Source: Felis catus
Lineage: Eukaryota
Length of the DNA: 64,000 nucleotides
NCBI RefSeq assembly: GCF_018350175.1
Contig: NC_058375.1
Coordinates: 199,764,001-199,828,000 of the forward strand
Direction of reading: 5' to 3'
Position numbers and translations under genes: made by a program. Shown here one piece after another: positions 41,738 to 54,185 of this stretch. Position 1 is the first letter of the stretch, and every line of letters begins with the position of its first letter. The notes beneath the pieces are model-generated. The model searched no databases. It worked only from the letters and a program-made list of their open reading frames with translations, and was not told the DNA's origin.

Positions 41738-41943
41738 GGAGTGCCTGGGTGGCTCAGTTGGTTAAGCGACTGACTCTTGATTTCGGCTCTGGTTATGATC
41801 TCATCGTTTGTGAGATCAACTGCACTGAGTGTGGGGCCTGCTTGGAATTCTCTCTCTCCCTCTCTCTCTGCCCCTCCCCGCCTCACATGCACACTCTCTC
41901 TTTCTCTCTCCCAAAATAAATAAACATTAAACAAATTTAAAAA
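41738..41943 (+). mobile_element. Can-SINE
   Basis: ggagtgcctgggtggctcagttgg head, CT-rich segment, A tail. Confidence 0.92.
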
Positions 41944-41998
41944 CAAGAAGAGAAAGGATGAAAGAGTGTGTGTACACAAACTTAAGACAGACATTTTC

Positions 41999-42266
41999 GG
42001 GGTACGAGCGTGGCTCAGTTGGTTAAGCGTTTGACTCTTGGTTTTGGCTCAGGTCATGATCTCACGACCTGAGTCATGAGATCAACTCATGAGTTCGATG
42101 AATTCACAACTTCATGAGCTCACAAGTTCGAACCCCACATTGAGCTCTGTGCCAACAGCACAGAGCCTGCTTGGGATTTTCTCTCTTGCTCTCTCTCTGC
42201 CCCTCCCCACCTCGCACTGTCTCTGTCTGTAAATAAATAAATAAATAAATAAACTTAAAAAAAAAA
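41999..42266 (+). mobile_element. Can-SINE with ~55-nt internal rearranged insertion
   Basis: TSD aga(c/t)agacattttc at 41985-41998 and 42267-42280. Confidence 0.92.
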
Positions 42267-44773
42267 AGATAGACATTTTCAACAGTCCTATGAATCTTAC
42301 TACAGATTTAGAATCTCTAAAATATAATCGGCTGAACAACTAAACCTTGTAATAAGGAAATGAGCATTTCAATAACTGGCTGCTATGGGAAAGGTGAGGT
42401 CTCAAAAGCCAAGACATTTGAACAGGGCAAGTGTCAAATTCAAGGGTTTCAAGTGTGTTGCCAGCTCAGAGCACGTGTTTGGTGTCTTCATTATTCCTTC
42501 TTTTTTATGTACCAACCAAATTCTGTGCCCACTGGGGGAAACAACTATTAAATGCATTTATGCTAAATTGTGAATGGCTGGTGAGACAGTTATCCCCCAG
42601 AGGCACACACATGGAAATTAAAAGTCTCAAGACCCCACTCACTACTCAGCTCCAGTCATTCATCTTCCCTGTGATCACATGGGAATTCAGGCACCATTGC
42701 AATTCTTCCTTCCCCCCCCCCCCTCCCCAGTCTGGACTTTAATGTGTGATTTTAAAACTGTTTTGAAAATACTGTGTGGGGGAAAAATAAAATATGTGTG
42801 TGGGCTACTTTGTAATTACTTACTCTAATGGCCAAATTGAAGTTCTACTGGTTTAGTGAGCTGTTTCCTAACTATGTTATTATTTCAAGGGTGTTTTGGG
42901 GGGAACCAGGATGGGTAATCCATGGTGCCTTCCCAGAGTCTCTGAAATCATACACCACTTGGCTGCTGCTGACTTTGACAAAATGCCGTGGCCAGCCCTG
43001 AGTGACCATGTTAATGGCCACCAAAAAAAAAAAAAAATTCAGAAAGCAAGCAGCTTCTTGTACTGAACATCTGTGAAAGCCACAACTTTTTCACAAATTA
43101 CATTCTTTTCAACTGTCTTGGGCTTCAAGACTGGGTGTTTTCTACTGCTTGAGCCAGCCAGCTAGAATCTTCCTAAGTTTAAGATGATGCTCTCTGCCTG
43201 GGAAGACCATTACAGGAAAGTCTCCAAACCACAAACCCACAAACTGATGTCAAACAAAGGATGTGACTGTAGTATGAATTATGGGTTCTGGCAGGTCATA
43301 CATGAAGAATAGCCTAGCTGTTAAAGAAATAAAATTTGCCCTATTTATAAAGGAATAAGCTGTATTTTCCCCAGAAACAGCCCCCCCACCCCCCCACCCT
43401 CACATTTGCTTTTAAGAATTTGGCACAAGTTGTAAAATCCAGAAAAAGTTCTTCCCAGAATTAAGCTTGGTAAGACAGTAAAAAGCTACCGAAACTTACA
43501 GCAATTTCAAAAATATGCAAGCCCTACTGATGTTTATAGCCTCAGAGAGTTCTCCAAGTTCAAATGAAGCCGTGGAACTCCCTACTTAAGTAGGTTTATT
43601 TAAATTGAAGCTTGGTTGAACTGTTTTCGTTCTCATTCTTCCCTCAATCATCTATTCAGTGAATATTTTTTGAAAGCGTGCTGTGTACAAGGCACTATGT
43701 TAACCTTTATCTAATAAAATTAGTTTTGACTATCAGTACTTCCCTTAACTCAAATATAATTTTATTTTATATAAATATACTGTGCAGAGAATAAAAATAA
43801 CATGTCCAATATATCAAAGTCTCCAAATAGTCTACACTGACCCGCCATACTCTACTTAATTATTGTTAGTACCAGTGAAAATGGTTTTTCTTTCGTGGGC
43901 ACTCAGTCCAACAAAAGAAACTACACAAAATATGTATCATGTTAAGGAGTGAAAAAGTAAAAATGATAATCTGTAGAATCATATGTGGTCAGAAAAAGGC
44001 TAAATCTACTGAAATCTCCATTCTAATTCATGAAGGGCATCTGTAAAGAAATAGATATTTACAAGAAATATAAAACACTGGTTTCGTATTAATGGATTCT
44101 AGAGTATCTTAGTAACATGTAACATAAAATAGCAAAATTTAAAGGTTAACTTACAAATAAAAAGACTTCACTTGCTTACAATTAGTAGTTACTTAAGAAA
44201 AAGACTCCACTAACAAAAATCATACACCAAATTTAAATGGAATCAAATTTTTGGTAAATTATGAATTCCTACAGGAAAATGAATTTTCTTTGGGAAGTAA
44301 ATTCCATAGTTATTTACAACTAAACTTATATTCACTTTTTGAATGCTTATTAACGTCTGTATTTTTAAAAGCTTTTAGAAAAATGTAAACTAGTTGATAG
44401 TTGTAATATACGTCAAAAAGTGTTACATGCTTCTGTAATTGAAAAGGTCGATTTAAAAATAACCAATAAAGCTAGAAATCAGGGGTCTCATAATTCTTTG
44501 TAATATAAATGACAATGTTTTTAATAGAAATCAGTTTATGAATATAGGTCTTTATTGTGATGTAGATACATAGGAGATTTAAGGCCACTTCCTATAAAAG
44601 GTTGAATAAAAAAGGATAGATGTGACCAAAAATTGTCAGTATTTTCTTTCTTATTAAGAACTCTTGAAGTGGAACTTCAAGAGTAATTTAAGAAAGATAA
44701 AAGGAAAAAAAAAGTTACTCTGTTCCTCAGAAATACTTTGATCTGCTGCAGTCTCATAAAGAAATAATTTCCT

Positions 44774-44997
44774 GGGGCACCTGGGTGGCTCAGCTGGTTA
44801 AGCATCGACTCAGCTCAGGTCACGATCTCATGGCTCATGAGTTTGAGCCCCACATTGGGCTCTGTGCTGACAGCTCAGAGCCTGGAGCCTGCTTTGGATT
44901 CTGTGTCTCCCTCTCTCTCTGCCCCTCCCCTGCTCGTGCTCTGTCTCTCTGTCTCTCAAAAATAAGTAAACATTACAAAAATTAAAAAAAAAAAGAA
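44774..44997 (+). mobile_element. Can-SINE (Fc-type)
   Basis: TSD aaataatttcct at 44762-44773 and 44998-45009. Confidence 0.95.
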
Positions 44998-45192
44998 AAA
45001 TAATTTCCTTATCTTCTCGGTCTGTTGGTTTCCATTCAGTTGGTAAATGTTTTTATTCTACATTTACTGCTATCATTCAACACCCAGAGTATTAGGATGT
45101 AGACATAGGTGCTGTTTCCTTGCCTTAGCTAGGATTTGGTAAATTCATTTAATACAATAGCATTCAATTTTCAAATAACTAGGTGCTTTAAA

Positions 45193-45413
45193 CTGTGTTA
45201 CTCAAAGTGGTCCCAGAGGAAAGAAGAAGCTTGGCAACATTTGTAGTTTAACATGCTGCTACCTTCATCAAGAAAATCTTGCTTCGAAAAATAATCAAGT
45301 GAACTGAATGGTGTGTTTCATGATTTATATTATGGCACAAGCTCCTTATTGTCCAATAAGAAACAATTCATGGTTCAAATAGCTGGTCCATGACCACATT
45401 TTGAGTAGCACTG
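45193..45413. mobile_element. hAT-Charlie (MER5-like) MITE
   Basis: TIR pair ctgtgttactcaaagtggtc and gaccacattttgagtagcactg. Confidence 0.65.
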
Positions 45414-45420
45414 GTTTAAA

Positions 45421-45452
45421 TCTTCCTTTTTTTTTTAAGTTTATTTATTTGT

Positions 45453-45488
<36 letters not shown>

Positions 45489-45658
45489 CAGAGCAGGGGA
45501 GGGGCAGAGAGGGAAAGAGAGGGAGAGAGAATCCCAAGCAGACTCCTCACTGTCAGTGCAGAGTCCGATGTGGGGCTCAAACCCACGAATTGTGAGATCA
45601 TGACCTGAGCAGAAACCAAGAGTTGGAAGCTCAACCGACTGAACCACCCAGGTGCCCC
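45421..45658 (-). mobile_element. Can-SINE, 115 nt from the exon 20 donor
   Basis: Ends gaaccacccaggtgcccc; (GA)n expansion. Confidence 0.93.
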
Positions 45659-45773
45659 TTATACTGAGGTTTTTTAAGTTAACTTTTTAAAAGTGGGATG
45701 AAGAACAGAGAATGCAAATAAAGGTAAAAGAACCTATGACATCACTAAGAAAAGAGGGTAAACTTTGGCTTAC

Positions 45774-46040
45774 GGGTGGTAAAGACGCCAGTGGCTTTGG
45801 GGCTCTGTTGGTTGCCTTTGACAGCCATGAGGGTTGCAGTATACTCAGAGGCAGGCTGCAGATTCCTCAGCGGGTACTGGGAGGCAGAAGGCCCTATGTT
45901 GTACTGCTTGGGCTGGCCTCCCCGGGTCAGGGCCACGGTCAGTCGGTACCCGGCTATGCGGGCCCGAGGTGGAGTCCAGGTCACGATGACAGTGGAGTCA
46001 GTTTCGTTGGTAAATCGGAGGTTAGTGGGAGCATCCAATT
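45774..46040 (-). CDS. FN1: FN1 exon 20 (FnIII-5)
   Basis: [32 protein letters not shown]...[10 protein letters not shown]; tag|AA...C|gtaagc; 267 nt. Confidence 0.98.
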
Positions 46041-46744
46041 CTAGAAAGAAAAGATAAAACACATCAAGAAATATTTGAACCTTGGTAATGATCATACTGA
46101 AACTTAAAAGCCCAGCTGAATTTTCTAAAGATTTCTCAAGGTTGAAACTAAGCAAAAGTCAAAACCTTGGAAATGTTGAGCCATTAAGAAATGGAGTGCT
46201 ACACAGAACTTTGCAAAACTGTGTCAGTCATGAGAAATTGCTGCTTTTTTTTTCTTTTTTTGCTTGACTTTGATCCTGAGGAAGGTCTAATTTTCCATCC
46301 TGACTTTCCCATCACCCTCTGAAATTATACTAACATTATAGAGATAGCATTAAAAATACAAAAACGAAAACACTTGTGAAGGCTACAATTAGACTCTGCT
46401 CTGAGCCAAACAGGTTAAGAAATGAGAGATAAGCCCACTAAAATGAGGGAAGACATAACCTCTACAAGGAACAGAAACAGTATTCTCTGCATTTATTGAA
46501 TGACTAGTCCTTTGCTAGAGAAATAAAAGTAGTTTTCCCATGATTCCTATCAGGTAATAATTATAACATATACATCAGAATCATGGTAAGACACTGGTGA
46601 GTGTGCACTATCAGAAAGAATCACACACATCGTGAGTTTCCTTGAGTATGATTACTAGCGGTTTCCCTGCAGTAACTTAAAAACGCTTTTCAGATGAAGG
46701 GAATGCTTAGGAGATAGTCAAGGATAATCACGGAAAGAATGGGA

Positions 46745-46965
46745 CATAGAGCCAAAATGCCATTACGTCTTTGTAGATCTAGCTGCATCACTTCCTAGCT
46801 CTGGAACTTTACAAATTGCAGAAATTTTTAAGAGCTTCATTCCTTCATGAATCCAATGAGGATAATAAGACCTTCCTCATTAGATCCAAAAGAGTATTAA
46901 ATATAAGGACAACGCTTGTAAAGAACTGAGCAGAGGACCTGGCACTTAATAAGCAATGTTTCAAG
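46745..46965 (+). mobile_element. MIR, near full length
   Basis: cacttcctagct...ataataagaccttcctca...attaaat...tgtaaagaactgagcaga...cctggcacttaataagc. Confidence 0.65.
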
Positions 46966-47359
46966 CAATCACTATTCGTAAGTAATTCTCTCATAGAAGG
47001 GTTAAGAGCATACATTTCAAGTCTGACGGAGACAAATGTAGTTATAAAAAATACACTCAGGTTTGCAATCCATGTGTCTGTTAGCAAAGAAAATTAGGTT
47101 CTCTGAAGTTGTCCTCTCTTAGTGCCATTACGTGGGTGCATGAATTTGGGGCACGGGTTACCATTTAGCATGATGGAGGGGGTCTCAGTTTTGCTTTCAG
47201 GTGTGATGGGCTTTACGTCCACTCTGCATTTCCTTATCCACTGGGTATTTCCCTATTTCTAACCATAAACCTAGGAGTAAATGGTTTGCTGCACATGCAC
47301 CACAGATTGGGAATGAGGGTGGAGGATTCGGGGTGGAGATGGAGGAGAGCAGAACATAC

Positions 47360-47632
47360 TGGTCGTCTGTTCTGCCGTCAGAGGCTTGCTCTCCCTCCCT
47401 TGGTTCACAGCGAAGACTTTGAAGTGATAGGTGACCCCGGGGGACAATCCGGTGACCTCTGCAAAGGTGTTCCTGCTAATGGGCAGCCTCTGTCCGTGCT
47501 CCCCAGGCAAGTTGACGGGGATCACGTCCACGCGGTAACCCGTCACGGGGCTCTGAGGGGGTGTCCACATGATGGTGATCTTGACGTCAGTCACTTCCAC
47601 AAACTGCAGGTCCTTGGGTGGGGGAACTTTAT
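47360..47632 (-). CDS. FN1: FN1 exon 19 (FnIII-4)
   Basis: [33 protein letters not shown]...[11 protein letters not shown]; tag|AT...A|gtatgt; 273 nt. Confidence 0.98.
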
Positions 47633-47932
47633 CTAACAGACAAGAGCCAACTGGTCAGTCACAATTCCTACTGAAGACTATTGTTTTTTGTTTTCTTTTA
47701 AAAGCCAATTTCCTAGATGTATATAAGGAAATTCACAGGGGTTCTCATTCCAAACTAATGCCAAGTTTTGTCTCTTAACTAGAAAATATGATTTTTTTCT
47801 TATATTTTCATGGTTCTGACATACTGCTTAGATAGAACATTTGAAGTTTTTATCTAAAATATGTAGGTAAACCGAAGAGTTTCCAACATATTAAGTGTCC
47901 TATCAAGTAGTTTAAAATAAACATGCAAAAAA

Positions 47933-47982
47933 TACAGTACAATACAATGCAATACAATGATACAATAATAAAATAAAATAAA
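47933..47982. repeat. Degenerate (CAATA)n/(AAAAT)n pentamer repeat
   Basis: tacagtacaatacaatgcaatacaatgatacaataataaaataaaataaa. Confidence 0.75.
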
Positions 47983-48337
47983 CCCTTATTGTGACAACAG
48001 AAAAAAATGTGGTTTGTATTTTACTGAATCATTTTATAGTATTTCAAAGGAATAGAGAAAGTGAGCCTTAAGTTTCTAGAGAAAAATGTGAAGACGCTAA
48101 GGTGTCAGTTTTTATTCGGGAAGGCCAATAGCCAGCTTTGATAAGTCAGTTAATAGTGTGGACATTTCAGTCATATTTCTTAAGTTTAGGGATAAACTAA
48201 TCTATAAGATCACTTGCATGGAGGAAATGTTGACAGAGACGAAGCAACCCTCCCACAGAAACAACTATTCTTTCGTCTAACATTTCTGGTCCTCCCTAGC
48301 AGGCTAAGGAAATGAACACAGTCCAAGGATAGTTTTA

Positions 48338-48637
<300 letters not shown>

Positions 48638-49134
48638 TTAGCCACACTGTTTTATGAAACAGAGGTTTCGTAAGTCGTAAATCTCTTATCAGAAAACCCT
48701 TAGCATCTTGCTTGATTAGTTAAGAACCAGAGATGTTGCCACTTCTCATAAGGACTATTCAGTACAAAGGTAAAACAAGAGCAGCCGTGCAAACCTTTTT
48801 AAATAATAAATATCATCCTTGAAGACCTAATATCCTTAATAAATGTCTATTAGAGATGCCACGAGGTGAAAATACTCATGTTAAAATGATTTCTTCTCTT
48901 TGAGCTCCGAGCACTGAAAGCAATTAGTGAACTACCTTGAGCGCAGATTGTCTAGCACTGTCTCTTTCGGAAACTTTAGAGGCAGCTGAGTCACTTAATG
49001 AGCTAAGAAGGCAACTGAGCTACCTCTTTAAGAATAAGTCTTAGAATGAGGTTTTCAGAAAAATTAACTCTCTTCGGCCTCAGAAATGCCTGGTTAAATA
49101 AGTCCATGAGCTGGCATTAGAAATTGTGTGTGTT

Positions 49135-49351
49135 GGGGAGCCTGGGTGGCTCAGTCGGTTGAGCGTCCAACTTCAGCCTGGGTCATGATCTCGCAGCTGA
49201 CGAGTTCGAGCCCCACGTCGGGCTCTGTGCTGACAGCTTAGAGCCTAGAGCCTCCTTCAGATTCTGTGCCTTCCTCTCTCTCTGCCTCTCCCCCACTCAT
49301 GCTCTGTCTCTCTCTGTCTCAAAAATAAAGATAAACATTAAAAAAAATTTA
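49135..49351 (+). mobile_element. Can-SINE (Fc-type)
   Basis: TSD agaaattgtgtgtgt; the right copy extends into (TG)13. Confidence 0.94.
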
Positions 49352-49575
49352 AGAAATTGTGTGTGTGTGTGTGTGTGTGTGTGTATGGGGTCAATAAAAT
49401 GGATATGACGGGAAATGATCTGTAAGAAAATTGAGCTGTAAGCCTTGATTATAATCACATTGTGAATTACTATTACACACACACACACGTACCCCTCTAC
49501 CCTAGACTAGTAATTATGCAGAAGATTTACGTGACCTCCCTGTCCACAGGTTAGAATTGGCCACCTCGCCACCTA

Positions 49576-49749
<174 letters not shown>

Positions 49750-49819
49750 TCAGGAAATATCACTCTAGGCCTGTTCTACAGACAAACAATTCTTCTCACA
49801 GCATGTAGTACACATGTAC

Positions 49820-49948
49820 CTGTTGTCTGTGAAGTAGACAGGATCAGACTCTGCTCTCCTTCTTCAGATATCTGATAGACATTTACAATGTATTTTCGTC
49901 CAGGAAGCAGGTCAGGGATGCTCACAGAAGTGGCCGTGCTTGGAAGAT
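49820..49948 (-). CDS. FN1: FN1 exon 16 (FnIII-2b)
   Basis: [43 protein letters not shown]; aag|AT...G|gtacat; 129 nt. Confidence 0.98.
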
Positions 49949-50179
49949 CTTTAAAGTAAAAAAGGAAAGGTTACCAATCAGAGCAAACCAATCCCTCAAA
50001 TCACTCCACAACCTATAAAGGGGATATTTTTAAAACTGTACATTCATAAGGGAAGGGGAAAGTCTAGAAGGAAATGTACTAAAGGGTAATCGATAATTAT
50101 CAATACATTATGAGATTTTTCTTTTGTTTACCATTTTTTTCTGAATTTTTTCTCTGAAGATATATAATTTTTGTAATCC

Positions 50180-50600
50180 ACCCCCAAATTTATAAAAACA
50201 GCTCTCTGTAGTTAAAAGTCAGGGTAGCGGTTATGGTCAGGGGACGAGGGGGTGTGGGGTAGGAGGGATGATCTTTTTTTTTTAAGTTTATTTATTTTGA
50301 GAGAGGGGGAGAGAGAGAAAGAGAGCGTGAGTGGGGGTGGGGCAGAGAGAGGAGAAGAGGGAGAGAATCGAGAGCAGGCTCTGCTAACAGCACAGAACCC
50401 AACTCAGGGCTTGATCCCACGAACTGTGAGACCATGACCTGAGCTGAAATCAACAGTCAGAAGCTTAACCAACTGAGCCACCCAGATGCCCCTGAGTGTT
50501 CTTTTTCTTAATCTGGGTGCTGCTCACATGGATGTCCTAACTTCATAAAAATTCATCAAGCTGTATGCCTATGATATATTATACTACAATAAAGTTTTTA
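50180..50600 (+). mobile_element. Old L1M 3' fragment interrupted by a SINE
   Basis: aaagtcagggtagcggtta...gggg, then after the SINE ttcttaatctgggtgct...aaaattcatcaagctgta...aataaagtt. Confidence 0.6.
50272..50492 (-). mobile_element. Can-SINE
   Basis: Ends aactgagccacccagatgcccc. Confidence 0.92.
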
Positions 50601-50971
50601 AAAAGCCCCTAACCATGAGAATTTGAAAAGCATGAGTACACCCCCAAAGGCTAACATTTTCTGCTGTGGTCCTCATACTGGCAATCACTTCCCTGGAGAA
50701 AACACTGTGGTTGTACAGACTTGTGCCCAGGCAAACGGGTAAGGCAGCTCACACTGGGACCAGGAAAATGTGAGCATGGCTCAGGAAAAATCCAAGCTCA
50801 GTTCTAGAAAGGGTCAGCTGTTCTCCTTCCTCACATTGGAAGTTTGTTCGGTCTGAGCTGTCAAGTAGTTCCAAAACTCAATGAACACCTTCTTGGAGGT
50901 CCCCCAACCCACATACACATAGAGTCACCATCAGCCACTCAAAAGCTGTCATGGCAACACATTTAGCTTAC

Positions 50972-51148
50972 CAAGGTACTGTGGTTCATCTCCCTCCTCA
51001 CTTAGCTCGTATTCCACACGGAATCCTGACACGGTGTCTGATGCCGAGACCCATGAGACCACAAAGCTGCTGGCCGTGATTTCGGTCACAGATTCAGAAG
51101 TGGCCACAACGGGAGAAAGGGGTGTCGTCTCTCCTGTCACAGTGTTGC
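50972..51148 (-). CDS. FN1: FN1 exon 15 (FnIII-2a)
   Basis: [59 protein letters not shown]; tag|GC...G|gtaagc; 177 nt. Confidence 0.98.
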
Positions 51149-51346
51149 CTAGACAGCCACGGGAAGGGGAGAGGGAGCCTTCAGCCATCAAGAAAATGTC
51201 CTACTGTCATCTACAGAACACCGTTTTTTAAAAACAGTATTGGGGCCATCCATGGAAGAATAGGACTTGAGAAGCAAACCACTCCCTGAGGACAGCGCAG
51301 CTCTGAGGAACACAGGCATGGGCATGAGGATGGCTCGGGTACGTAC

Positions 51347-51527
51347 TAGTCACTGCTGTGCTCGTGCTGGTGGTGGTGAAGTCAAAGCGTGTCACCTCTC
51401 TGTGGCCATAGTGCTGAACACTGATGAGCTGTCCCTCATATACCACACCTGGGGTCAGGCCTTTGATGGTGTAGGAATTCAAGTGGCCAGGAATGGTGGC
51501 TTCCTTCCAACCGCGTGGAGAATTTTT
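51347..51527 (-). CDS. FN1: FN1 exon 14 (FnIII-1b)
   Basis: [60 protein letters not shown]; tag|AAA...A|gtacgt; 181 nt. Confidence 0.98.
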
Positions 51528-51689
51528 CTAAAGATTTAAAAGAAAAAAATCACATAAGTATTCACAAGGGTGAACATTCAGAGATGATCATGAGTAATCT
51601 TCAAAGAACGAAGGACCTGTGCAGCTCCATTGTGGAGGAAAATCGTGGAAAACAAATCAGAATAGGGACCTGTAGCAGAGTTTAATGTC

Positions 51690-51870
51690 AATAATAATTA
51701 TTAGTATGGCTAATATTTACTGATAGCTTATTGTGTACCACACCCTGTGCTTTTACTTGCATTCTCTCATTCAGTCTTCATCTCTCCCTTCTCCAACTTC
51801 ATGGTATAAATGCCCTCATTTTACGGGTGAAGAAACAGTTATATGACATGCCCAAGGTCACACAGTCACA
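51690..51870 (-). mobile_element. MIR fragment
   Basis: taatatttactga...ctcattttacgggtgaagaaac...tgcccaaggtcacacag. Confidence 0.65.
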
Positions 51871-52469
51871 GGCACAGGGCACCTTCCTTTTTGCCAGACG
51901 AATTTATTTCATATTAGCAAGAAAATACGATGAGCCTAAGTTTTGCCTCTCCCATTTTTTAAATGTCTATGATGCACAGAGATATATTCTTTTCTTAGGT
52001 GGGAAACGGCCAGATATTCTACTTCTCACTTAGTAGGATACAAATTTCTTGCCTTGCGGAAATAGTCAAAGATATAATATTACTTTGTGACTCAGTTCCT
52101 GCAACCATCACATATAAGGTTCAGCTGGTCTGGCTGTATGACTCATTCTTGGATATGATTTACCCCATCAAAAGCAGTTAGCCAACTTTGGGCAAGACTG
52201 CAGAAGAATGTGATTTCGGTTTATTTAATCTTTGCTTCCAGTTTACATTTCACATCCGTCCAGCTTCATTAATATGTCATGGATCACAAAACTCATTGCA
52301 GTAAAATGTGTGGAAAAGAAACACACTTACTTCAAACAAGATGAGATCCTTTTAAGTGTAAATATTCTAAGCTAAGTCAAAATACATTTTTAATGCCCAG
52401 TGACTTTTTAAAATTATCCAATCAACCAGTTCCTCAATAATTCAAATACTCAAGTGTCCATTTATATAC

Positions 52470-52672
52470 ATATATATTTAATTTTTAATGCTAATTTATT
52501 TTTGAGAGAGGGAGAGAGAGTGTGAGTGGGGGAGGGGCAGAAAGAGAGGGAGACACAGAATCCGAATCTGCGCTGTCAGCACAGAGCTGGATGCAGGGTT
52601 CGAACTCACTAACTGTGAGATCATGACCTGAGCTGAAGTCGGACGCTTAACCGACTAGTCACTCAGGCACCC
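52470..52672 (-). mobile_element. Can-SINE
   Basis: TSD ccatttatat; typical body. Confidence 0.92.
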
Positions 52673-53189
52673 CCATTTATATTTTTGAAATAAATGAAAT
52701 GGATCATAGTATATTTTAAATTTAAATTTTAACTCAAGTACGTTGAAAAAAATCTCAAATTAGTCATTACGATTAGATCAGATTTCATGATAACTGTTTT
52801 ATTCAATTCTAGAAGGTTAGGCATCAGAAGAAAGTATTCAAAAATACACTCTTGGATAATATCCATTGAGGAAAAGCCTGAAAATTCTTCATCGTTAAAA
52901 ATCTTAAAGAAATTAATCACTGCTGCTTCTTTGAAGATTTTCCAATTCAATGTACATCTTATTACTTCCCTATAAATGTCCCTATTACAGTGATCTCACG
53001 CAATACTTCAGAATTAGTTTTAAAGTAAATAAAACTGGGAGTGAGATGTAAAGATGAGAGACAAGAAGGTATTGGAGGGGAAAATATAGTAATCCCATTG
53101 GCTAACATCACTAAATGCAAAGTTCTGGAAATGGCTGCTCCGGACACTATGACAAGAATACTGAGTATGCTACAAACAAGAATGCTTTT

Positions 53190-53357
53190 GGGGCACCTGT
53201 GTGGCTCAGTTGGTTAAGCATCTCTTTGTTTCAGCTCAGGTCATGATCTCATGGTTGATGAGTTCAAGCCCCATGTCCGGCTTTGTGCTGACAGCTCAGA
53301 GCCTGGAGCCTGCTTTGGATTTTGTGTCTCCCTCTCTCTGCCTCTGCCCTGTTCATG

Positions 53358-53402
<45 letters not shown>

Positions 53403-53433
53403 AAAAATAAACATTTAAAAATTTTTTTTAAAA
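53190..53433 (+). mobile_element. Can-SINE (Fc-type) with (CT)n expansion
   Basis: ggggcacctgtgtggctcagttgg head; flanks aagaatgcttt and aagaatgattt. Confidence 0.93.
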
Positions 53434-54185
53434 AAGAATGATTTCACAGCTTGAATTTTTCCCAAAGAGTTTAAATACAATTGCCTGAGTTGGTCCAGCA
53501 TTTTGTTTTATTTTGTTTTTAATTGCTAGGATTTAACAGCTGTGACTAAAAGTGGACATTTTTTTTCCTGGGTTTAAAAGAGTGTTTCTTAAGTTATGAG
53601 TCATGAATTTTGGAGATCTAACAGGCAGGTTTGAAGGGTAAGAAATCCTAAAATTTACTAGATCAACATCTTCCTCAGTATGATTTCTTCAATTTCTAGA
53701 TGCTTCTCATTAAAAACTCAGAAGGTTCACTTTTTAAACAAGCCAACTATCACCCCTCATTTTCTTCCCTGGAATCATCTCTTTTCCCCCTCTACCTAAA
53801 TAACTTCAGAGAAACAAAAGTAAGATTTTAAGAAGTGATCCCTTAAAAAGTGAACCTCTATAGCTAAATATTAATTTTTTCAAATCACGGAAATGATGCC
53901 AAAACTGTCTTCCTCTGACAGAGGTGCAAGATATACGAAGCCTTTAGATTCCCTTCCCATATTGGGGAAGGGTTGTTTCAGACATTATCATCTCTAATTC
54001 CTTGTTAAGAAGATCTTTCTAAATAACAAATCTTTCTAAATCCTTCTAAATACCAAAAAAGCTAAATCTATATATCAAATCACAGATAGTTCATCAGATC
54101 AGTTGGCTCGAAAGCTGGAAAACAAGTATGTAGAATGTGTTTGTTTCAGAACACTCAATGTCCCGTTTGTTCGTGGGATACTCAC

